A DNA stretch of 63,661 nt, counting the filler, from Octopus bimaculoides (taxonomy: Eukaryota): NCBI RefSeq assembly GCF_001194135.2. It is 8 parts of 8 records of this genome, joined end to end, with 100 filler letters (N's around TTAATTAATTAA, not from the genome) between each part and the next. Parts side by side here need not be neighbours in the genome. Positions count along the whole stretch, not along the records: positions 1 to 31,430 come from NC_068983.1; positions 31,531 to 37,389 come from NC_068981.1; 6 more parts are not named here. One strand, 5' to 3'. The notes beneath the pieces were generated by a model, which worked only from the letters and a program-made list of their open reading frames with translations, had not been told where the DNA came from and did not search any database. Position 1 is the first letter of the stretch. Each line of letters starts with the position of its first letter. The translations under genes were made by a program, and so were the position numbers. Positions 26,021 to 35,482 of this stretch are shown here, piece by piece.

Positions 26021-26245
26021 GTAAGCATTGCGTTTTACTACCATACCCACCCCAAACTCACCTAACATATACCTATTTTTATGGGATCAGGTCTGTGCTT
26101 ACAGGTTGAACTAAAACAGATTTGAGAAACACAGTTTGCCAAAAGATTTGAAATCTAGGAATCTTTAATCCAACAAAGTCTAGGTCTTGCTTCCAATTAA
26201 TCAATATTACTATTGTGTGTTTCCATGCTACCTATGGTCATTGAG

Positions 26246-26639
26246 GTGGAGGCGCAATGGCCCAGTGGTTAGGGCAGTGGACTCGCGGTCATAGGATCGC
26301 GGTTTCGATTCCCAGACCGGGCGTTGTGAGTGTTTATTGAGCGAAAACACCTAAAGCTCCACGAGGCTCCGGCAGGGGATGGTGGCAAACCCTGCTGTAC
26401 TCTTTCACCACAACTTTCTCTCACTCTTACTTCCTGTTTCTGTTGTGCCTGTAATTCAAAAGGTCAGCCTTGTCAATCTGTGTCACGCTGAATATCCCCA
26501 AGAGCTACGGCAAGGGTACACGTGTCTGTGAAATGCTCAGCCACTTGCACATTAATTTCATGAGCAGGCTGTTCCATTGATCGGATCAACTGGAACCCTC
26601 GACCTCGTAAGCGATGGAGTGCCAGCAGCAACAACAACA
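26246..26639 (+). mobile_element. SINE family A, full length
   Basis: tRNA-like head to (CAA)n tail, flanked by the near-perfect direct repeat atggtc(a/g)ttgaggt. Confidence 0.9.
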
Positions 26640-27506
26640 TGGTCGTTGAGGTAGTTGAGGTTTGACCATGCTATCTTTCTTTCTTTGTAGTTTAGAAACT
26701 TACTACTCAACTATGCAATCTTGAGTTTAGTCCCATTGCATGGCATCTTGGACAAGTGTCTTCTATTATAGCCCTAGGGTTGTTAAAGCCTTGTGTGTGG
26801 ATTTGGTAGATGGAAATTGAAAGAAGCCCATCCTAGGTGCAGGCATAGCTATGTGGTAAGAAGTTTTCTTCCCAACCACGTGATTCTACAGGTTCAGTTC
26901 CACTGCCTGGTATCTTGGGCAAGTGTCATCTACTATAGCTTTGGGCTGATCAAAGCTTTGTGTGTGGATTCGGCTGACAAAGATTAAAGAAGCCCATTGT
27001 ATATATACATAAACGATGATGATGATGATGATGATGATATATATACATCATCATCATCTTTTAACATCCGTTTTCCATGCTGGCATGGGTTGGACTTATA
27101 TATATNNNNNNNNNNNATATATATATATATATATATATAGATAATACAAATAATATATGAGTATATGCGTATATACGTACATGTATGTACATACCTACAT
27201 CTACCTGTATATATAGATGCATATCTGGGTACAGGACGTAGCACAAAAGTGTGGACAAAATGATAAACGCAGTACAGAAAACACACAGGCCACATAGAGA
27301 ACATTTCCTTCATCAGCTGCCACCATTCTAAAACTAAGCGTTTCGAAGAGGTACATGTATATATGTGTGTGTGTGTATATATATATGAATATATATATAT
27401 ACTGTTGTGTCTGGGGAGAGTCATTTTCTTATCGTGCCTTAAAATTTAACACACTCACCGTTAAAATCTTGCAAACCAAATCCAAAAACGAAATATATAT
27501 ATATAG

Positions 27507-27803
27507 CAGAGCTTTCCAAACTTACCACAGTGATAGCACAATGTTTAAAAATGGTTCACAACACATTAATTTGCTTTTGTTAACCAGACACAAAAATTAA
27601 CAATACTAATGAATAATTAAATACCTTATCACAGTATATCTCAGATATACTTCAAAGTATATCTGATATAAAAATTTTATGAATATTGATCTGAGAAACA
27701 ATATTCACAAAAATTCTTCAGATTTGACTTAGTTCTGTAAGGCGTACCTGGAGATTATTAGTGACACACTGAAGTGCCACAACAAACAGTTTGGAAATAT
27801 CTG
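27507..27803. mobile_element. hAT-like MITE, degenerate
   Basis: Imperfect TIRs cagagctttccaaact / agtttggaaatatctg. No matching TSD. Confidence 0.45.
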
Positions 27804-28800
27804 CTTTAATATCTTGGGAACTGTACTCCTTTACCCTTTACTTGTTTCAGTCATTTGACTGTGACCATGCTGGAGCACCGCCTTTAGTCAAACAAACTGA
27901 CCCCGGGAATTATTCTTTGTAAGTCTAGTACTTGTTCTGTCAGTCTTTTTTGCCGAACGGCTAGGTGATGGGGACATAAACACACCAGCATCAGTTGTCA
28001 AGCATTGCTAGGGGGACAAACACAGACACACAAACATACATACACACATATATATACATTCATATATACGATGGGCTTCTTTCAGTTTCCGTCTACCAAA
28101 TCCACTCACAAGATACCACGAAGTGGGACTGAACCTGGAACCATTTGGCTGATAAGCAAGCTACTTACCACACAGCCACTCCTGCACCTAGATAAAAATT
28201 TTGCACAGTATACACCAAGAGTCGATGACATGGCATCTTTTATTTTCAATTTAGATTTAGTAGGTGCAGACATGGCAGTGTGGTAAGAAGTTTGCTTGCC
28301 AACCACACTGTTCTGAGTTGAATCCCACCTTGAGAAAGTGTCTTCTACTATAGCCTCAAGTTAACCAAAGCCTTATGAGTGGATTTGGTAGAAACTGAAA
28401 GCCTGTTGTGTGTGTGTGTGTGTGTGTGTGTCTCCTTGCCTTAATATCATGTGATAGCTGTAAACAAATGTCACCTGCATGCAAGCGGTGTCCTTCATTC
28501 CCCATCTTCTGCAAAAATATTACCTTGCTTGGAAACAGGTGAGGGTTAGCAGCAGGAACAGCATCCAGATGTAGAAAACCCACCCTAAACAAAATTCCAT
28601 CTGACCCATGCAAACATGGGAAAGTGGATGTAAAAATTATAATGAAATGATGATGATTTACCTTGTAAGATCTTACCAACATGGTTCTACTTACTGTTTT
28701 CCTCATCTTATTTTATCTTCTCTTTTTTTTTGTTTTATCTTCTCTTTTTTTTTGTTTTATCTTCTCTTTTTGTTCTTATTTTCTTATTCCTATTCTCCAG

Positions 28801-29034
28801 ATACTCTTTGACAGATTCTGGGCAATCATTGGCCTCAAAACTTTCTCAGTCAGCACAAGACACCGAAAGCATTGTGCCTTTTCTATCTGGTGATGAACCT
28901 AGCAGTACCACATCAATTCCACCTGCAACATGTGAAACGTTCACAGTTCTTAACTCTGTTTCAAATGCCAGAAAATTCTCACCAATCAAAGAAAATTCTT
29001 CCAATCTGGATAAATTTCTTGGACAAAACTCTAA
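28801..29034 (+). CDS. MUS81: MUS81 coding exon 8 (WH end + Ser/Thr-rich linker)
   Basis: (R)YSLTDSGQSLASKL closes the WH domain (Y.LT..G..LA.KL). ctccag| and AA|gtaaat, phase 2 to 2. Confidence 0.9.
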
Positions 29035-29845
29035 GTAAATATCAACATTTGGTAATATTTCTTTTGAGCAAGTTGGCAAGCTGGTAGAATTGTTAACACG
29101 CTGGGAAAAGTGCTTGGCAGTAGGAAGGACATCTGGCTGTAGAAATCATGCCAAAACAGACATTGGAGCTCAGTAGAGTCTTCTAGCCTGTTGGTTCTTG
29201 TCACACCATCCAACCCATAACCAATGCCTGTATTGAAAAAGGGACGATGTGGTGTTGGCTGAGTGGAAAAATAAAATCAAGATGTTAATTACTTTTTATG
29301 AAAAATTAGGTCTTCGTTCATCATCATCATCGTTTAACGTCTGCTTTCCATGCTAGCATGGGTTGGACAATTTGACTGGGGACTGGCTAACCAGATGGCT
29401 ACACCAGACTCCAATCTGATCTGGCAGAGTTTCTACAGCTGGATGCCCTTTCTAACGCCAACCACTCCGAGAGTGTAGTGGGTGCTTTTTACGTGCCACT
29501 GGCACGGAAGCGAGACCGCTGCTCTGACAGTGATCCTGCTTGGTTGGTGCTGTTAGTTCTCTTTGTAAAACTCTATCAATGAGAAAAATTAACACTCCAT
29601 CAATAATTGTTATTTTTTATGCAAGAAAAAAAAAGCACTCCATTCTCTTTGTGATGTTCATCTTGTTTATATACATATATATATATTTTTTGTAGTATAT
29701 TGCCACTTAAGTGTGGCTGACCCCTAGGGGTGGATGTTACTGTTGCTTTTAGCCCCAGGAGGACATCTCCTCCAGCTGGCTTATCGACACACTACTGTGT
29801 CCTGTTTGCCAAGGGAAGTTATCCCTCCCATCATGATCTGTAGCA

Positions 29846-29890
29846 CGAACGGACCCGGGTTTCAGGGTTATTTCCCTTCGTCAGCGTCCG
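29846..29890 (-). ncRNA. Type I hammerhead ribozyme, canonical core
   Basis: CGGACG-CUGACGA-AGGG-AAAUAA-CCCU-GAAA-CCCGGG-UC-CGUUCG: 6-bp stem I, 4-bp stem II, palindromic stem III (ACCCGGGU) and a GUC cleavage triplet. Confidence 0.88.
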
Positions 29891-30612
29891 ATAGCCACTG
29901 ATCTTTGATGAGAGAGATAAAACCTTGGCAATCTTATATCTACTTTTCCAGTGAAATTCTTCACTGATATCGAAAAGGTGAAAACAAGCAATGTTAATTC
30001 TCTAAATAAAGTATTAACAGTAACTGCACGATAAAGTGTAGTATATTGCCACTTAAGTGTGGCTGACCCCNNNNNNNNNNNNNNNNNNNNNNNNNNNNNN
30101 NNNNNNNNNNNNNNNNNNNNNNNNNNNNNNNNNNNNNNNNNNNNNNNNNNNNNNNNNNNNNNNNNNNNNNNNNNNNNNNNNNNNNNNNNNNNNNNNNNNN
30201 NNNNNNNNNNNNNNNNNNNNNNNNNNNNNNNNNNNNNNNNNNNNNNNNNNNNNNNNNNNNNNNNNNNNNNNNNNNNNNNNNNNNNNNNNNNNNNNNNNNN
30301 NNNNNNNNNNNNNNNNNNNNNNNNNNNNNNNNNNNNNNNNNNNNNNNNNNNNNNNNNNNNNNNNNNNNNNNNNNNNNNNNNNNNNNNNNNNNNNNNNNNN
30401 NNNNNNNNNNNNNNNNNNNNNNNNNNNNNNNNNNNNNNNNNNNNNNNNNNNNNNNNNNNNNNNNNNNNNNNNNNNNNNNNNNNNNNNNNNNNNNNNNNNN
30501 NNNNNNNNNNNNNNNNNNNNNNNNNNNNNNNNNNNNNNNNNNNNNNNNNNNCGGATTTCAGAAGATATAAGATTGCCAGGTTTTTGTCTCTCTCACCAAG
30601 GTCAGCGGCTAT

Positions 30613-30657
30613 CGGACGCCGACGAAGGGAAATAACCCTGAAATCCGGATCCATTCA
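30613..30657 (+). ncRNA. Variant (probably impaired) hammerhead copy
   Basis: CGGACG-CCGACGA-AGGG-AAAUAA-CCCU-GAAA-UCCGGA-UC-CAUUCA: U4C core change, two stem I mismatches, stem III still paired. Confidence 0.7.
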
Positions 30658-30894
30658 TGCTGCAGATGTTGGTGAGAGGGATAACTACCCTTGGCAAACA
30701 GGACACAGTCGTGTGTCGATAAGCCAGCTGGAGGAGATGTCCTCCTGGGGCTAAAAGCAACAGTAACATCCACCCCTAGGGGTCAGCCACAATTAAGTGG
30801 CAATATACTACAGTTTATCGTGCAGTTACTGTTAATACTTCATTTAGAGAATTAACATTGCTTATATATTTTTTCTTTTTGGTTAATGAATCAG

Positions 30895-31098
30895 AAGGGA
30901 AGAAGTTGTTCTTGTGGATGATGTTGTCTGCATTGATGATGATGGTGATAATGAGAATAAGGTCTGCCAAACTGACCTTTGTGAAGAGGATGGTCCAAAT
31001 TTAGTTGTTACGAAAGCCACTATCAACCCAGAATTAGTACTACAACCCTACACGTTTGATATTATGCTTCTTGTTGATAACCGTGAGTTTTATGGTGG
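30895..31098 (+). CDS. MUS81: MUS81 coding exon 9 (start of ERCC4 nuclease domain)
   Basis: (K)REEVVLVDD...ELVLQPYTFDIMLLVDNREFYGG, the first strand of ERCC4 (L.VD.RE). aatcag| and GG|gtaagt, phase 2 to 2. Confidence 0.92.
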
Positions 31099-31145
31099 GT
31101 AAGTGCTTATTTTATATTTTTATTTGCTGTTGCTGCTGCAGCAGC

Positions 31146-31151
31146 AGTAGC

Positions 31152-31196
<45 letters not shown>
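31146..31196. repeat. (AGT)n microsatellite
   Basis: Direct reading. Confidence 0.95.
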
Positions 31197-31197
<1 letters not shown>

Positions 31198-31474
31198 CAT
31201 GCATACAAACACATTGAATACATGTATAAACATATTTGCAAACAGAGCAGACACAATAAACGATATAAAGAATAAAATGTTTTGAATGGTACAACACTGC
31301 ACTATAATACAAAAAATGGACTGTATACCTGTTGTAATTTAGTTATCTATAGTCTGATATGATATTTCGGAATAAAATTTCTTCTTCAGATATTCTTAGA
31401 TGGAGTTGTGATTATATGTATATATATATANNNNNNNNNNNNNNNNNNNNNNNNNNNNNNNNNNNNNNNNNNNN

Positions 31475-31486
31475 TTAATTAATTAA
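31475..31486. other. Artificial scaffold-join spacer TTAATTAATTAA (first of seven)
   Basis: 44 N + TTAATTAATTAA + 44 N. Identical spacers are at 37434, 47182, 52723, 57805, 60223 and 62510. Confidence 0.95.
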
Positions 31487-31754
31487 NNNNNNNNNNNNNN
31501 NNNNNNNNNNNNNNNNNNNNNNNNNNNNNNGATATATAAACGTATATATATATACATATTTATATTTAAATACATATATATGTGAGTGTGTGTGTCTGTG
31601 TCAGTATATATATTATGTATATATATATATATTTTTTATATATGTATATATACATAGATAGATATATAAACGTATATATATATACATATTTATATATGTA
31701 TACATATATACGTGTGTGCGTAAGTGTGTGTATGTGTCTGTGTATGTATATATA

Positions 31755-31802
<48 letters not shown>

Positions 31803-32263
31803 CATACGAGTGTGTGTGCATGTGTGTGAGTGTATGCGTGCGTTGTTTGTGTGTGTCTGTGCTCTTCCCATGAACACTCAATCTCTCACAGTTACTATAT
31901 ATTACCATTACAAATATACCGGAACACATACACACACCCTCAAACAATACAAGTATTTACTTAAATGCATCTGCACACTCAAACATACGCATACATTGTA
32001 AGTATTGTGTATCTGTAGACGTTCAGTTTATACATGTCATAAATAAGTGTAACGATGACCTTTTCTTAACAAAAATTAAATTGAAATTAGTATTATTTAT
32101 TTTACTCTAAATGTTACGTTGTTCATGAAATCTACATACAGAATGAACTTTATGCATTCAAATATACTTTCAGTGTTTTCAACGGTGCTTCTAGTTTGTG
32201 CACTGTCCGTAAGTAATGCTAGACTGTACTACATATTGTATTTATAGGTTTCTCTTAACGCTG

Positions 32264-33153
32264 TAATAGGTTAGCCAAAACGTCCGTCCGTTTTTTTTTA
32301 AAGTTAAAATAAAGCATGTTTTTATCACCAAATAATTTATTCATTTAATGATATAATTACCGTTTCGATCCAATCTCTTCCGTCATCGTATTAGCACATA
32401 CCTTTTTCCATCTCAAAGAATTTCTTTTCTTTACTGGCGAAAAACCCTTACAGGAGAAGTTTTACACCGTCTTCAGGGTTGAAGATCTGTCCCTTCAATG
32501 TATTTTGAAGAGATGGAAATAAGTAAAAATCTGAAGATACAAGGTAAGGGGAATATGGAGGATGAGGCAAAACTTCGTTGCCAAATCCCAGTGAGCTCTG
32601 CCGCTTTTGCAAAGAAGTGTTCAGTCTGGTATTGTCATGATGAAAGACAATGCCCTTATGATTGGCAAGTGCTGGACGCTGCTCAAGGATCGCTTCAATT
32701 AATTTGTCTAGGTGATCACAGTACATATCCGAATTGATGATCTTGTCCATAGGAAGAGGATCCATCCCACTAAATTGAAAACATAAGCTTTTTCGGATGA
32801 AGTCTTGAAAACCACACACGTTCCGAAGCAGCATCCTCTCTGTATACGGCGCATATTTTCCAACAGGCTTCCGCTGCACTCTTGCCTTTTTAAAATAAAG
32901 CAAGAATGAGACATGATAATGTTTGGTTTTGTTCTCTATTGTCGAGGTTATTCAAGTCACATAAAATATGATCTGTATAATCACAAGTTCTCGTTGATCT
33001 ATTTTGAGGTGTCAAATATCTGACGAGTGCGCATGTTCAAGGAATAACCTGAAGTAGAGCTGCTCTTTAGAGTGCTTCAACAGAGCTGCTTATGAGAATA
33101 GTTGAAGTTTAGTGTCAACAAAATACAGAACGGACTTTTGGGCCAAATCAATA
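32264..33153 (-). mobile_element. Internally deleted mariner transposon
   Basis: Transposase relic GIVFHHDNTR...VLPHPPYSPYLVSSDFYLFPSLQN (32448-32903). TIRs taataggttagccaaaacgtccgt (32264) and aacggacttttgggccaaatcaata (33129-33153). Confidence 0.85.
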
Positions 33154-34417
33154 ATAGACGTATGAAAATTATTTCACTTTGTATATTATATACGTGAATG
33201 TACACCAACGGTTCATTTCTTTGCTGTTTTTTTTTTCCTTTTCCTGAGATATAAACCACAGCAAATACGAATTATTAAATATATAGCTCATTAAAGAAGT
33301 ATTATAAAGTGATTTGCGATATGTACTACCTGTGGAATATCCCTAATTATTATTATTTTTTTGTTTTATTATATTAATTACATAACAATGGAGAAAAATA
33401 TATCATAAATTTGGTGTCAGTGAATTAGATTCACAAAACAAAGATTATAATCTTATATTCTTTCTCAAAATCATTTAATCTGAAAACAATGTTAGATTAT
33501 ACAAAGGGATATAACAAACATTTTGCTATGAATTTGATTTAGTAGTCTTTTATACTCTTCCGCGTGCGAATAAAAGACAGAAACATCAATATTTGCAAAA
33601 TAGTCATCAATTATGAAGTAGAGAACTTTAAAAAGGCTATAACGAGAATACTTTGCCAACATTTTAACAGCATTCTCGCTTTGGATCCTCGATGACAAGT
33701 AATTATGCTTTTTCAAATGAGACTGAAAATCATGAGTTTTCAGTGAAATTCTATAAACATTATTGTTTAGTTCATGAATATTTATAAATATTCTTAAAAT
33801 CCACTGTTTCCACATTTATTGAATTACTATTCAATTCTTTACTATATCAGTGATGGCTTAGTCTGCTCAGAAGTATTTAATTTCTAAAGAGAAAAATCTT
33901 AATGAATCATACTTTAGAAATGCTAGATTATATGCCTTCAATTGGCTTTACGATAATACCATCTTTACGATAATAACATTTATTCGACTGAGCTTGATGC
34001 AAACACGTTACGAAAATTAATGAATAAAAATAAAACGTTTTGTTTTCGAATGAGAGCCAATTTTTTCTTTTCCTAACTCCTTTGTCCCCTCTCTCTTCAN
34101 NNNNNNNNNNNNNNNNNNNNNNNNNNNNNNNNNNNNNNNNNNNNNNNNNNNNNNNNNNNNNNNNNNNNNNNNNNNNNNNNNNNNNNNNNNNNNNNNNNNN
34201 NNNNNNNNNNNNNNNNNNNNNNNNNNNNNNNNNNNNNNNNNNNNNNNNNNNNNNNNNNNNNNNNNNNNNNNNNNNNNNNNNNNNNNNNNNNNNNNNNNNN
34301 NNNNNNNNNNNNNNNNNNNNNNNNNNNNNNNNNNNNNNNNNNNNNNNNNNNNNNNNNNNNNNNNNNNNNNNNNNNNNNNNNNNNNNNNNNNNNNNNNNNN
34401 NNNNNNNNNNNNNNNNC

Positions 34418-34722
34418 GGGTACGTGTAAAAGATCGCGTTTACCTTCCGTCGCTACCCAATAACCTCAATGCCCTTAAGCTTCGAATAACAACAGCGATC
34501 AACTCAGTGTATTGTGATATGCTGATACGCGTCTGGGAGGAATTCTCTTATCGCATTGAAGTTGCCCGTGCTGCAGGTGGTGACCACATTGAACACTTCT
34601 AAGACAGGAAATAAAAGTTGATTGTGAGTAAATACTTGTAACTTAGCTGGATTTTTATATTGCTTTTCCTTATTAAAATATTTCCTAATGAAATCGGTTT
34701 ATTCTTTTTGATTAACCCTGTA
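34418..34722 (+). mobile_element. Tc1/mariner superfamily transposase 3' end with TIR
   Basis: GYV/KDRVYLPSLPNNLNALKLRITTAINSV..DMLIRVWEEFSYRIEVARAAGGDHIEHF* (stop 34600-34602, one frameshift). Ends in gattaaccctg-ta. Confidence 0.8.
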
Positions 34723-35080
34723 TATATATATTTTTCAAAATGTAACCACATATGACTCATTGGCGATATATTTTCCTCCATCTTCCTTTTCTATTGGACA
34801 TTCCTCTGCTTTTCATCCTTCTCCACAAGCGCTCATTATATTAAATACATTCATAATACACATATTAATATATATATGTGTGTATGTGTGTATATATATG
34901 TGCATATATATAATTATATATATAGATGCATACATTCATGCAGACATACATGCGTGTATTATCTCGTATTTCTGCATTATGACTGAGCTTTTCGAGTGTG
35001 TCCATCGTTGATTAAATACAGTCGAACTGATTTGGGTTGATGGTGATGCTGCTATATCTCATATGTCTAGTGTCTTCACA

Positions 35081-35482
35081 GTGGAGGCGCAATGGCCCAG
35101 TGGTTAGGGCAGCGGACTCGTGGTCATAGGATCGCGGTTTCGATTCCAAGACCGGGCGTTGTGAGTGTTTATTGAACGAAAACACCTAAAGCTTCACGAG
35201 GCTCCGGCAGGGAATGGTGGCGAACCCTGCTGTACTCTTTCACTACAACTTTCTCTCACTCTTACTTCCTGTTTCTGTTGTGCCTGTAATTCAAAGGGTC
35301 AGCCTTGTCACACTGTGTCACGCTGAATATCCCCGAGAACTACGTTAAGGGTACATGTGTCTGTGGAGTGTTCAGCCACTTGCACGTTAATTTCATGAGC
35401 AGGCTGTTTCGTTGATCGGATCAACTGGAACCCTCGACGTTGTAAGCGACGGAGTGCCAACAACAACAACAACAACAACAAC
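35081..35482 (+). mobile_element. SINE family A, full length
   Basis: Same consensus as the other family A copies. TSD agtg(t/c)cttcacag at 35069-35081 and 35483-35495. Confidence 0.9.

Larger units (their letters stand above)
29692..30863. mobile_element. Hammerhead-containing tandem/inverted non-coding element (candidate non-LTR retrozyme)
   Basis: 346-nt period: gtagtatattgccacttaagtgtggctgacccc at 29692 and 30038. 30563-30863 is a circularly permuted reverse complement of the monomer. Flanked by the direct repeat (t)atatatttttt at 29680-29691 and 30863-30874. There is a 481-N gap in the centre. Confidence 0.75.

Noticed and set aside
26246-26320. tRNA-like sequence (also 35081, 58380-58446, 59715)
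   Set aside because: These are SINE heads continuing into SINE bodies, with no complete cloverleaf or terminator.
31475-31486. TTAATTAATTAA as a regulatory or PacI-site motif
   Set aside because: It is always centred in exactly 44+44 Ns, so it is an assembly spacer.
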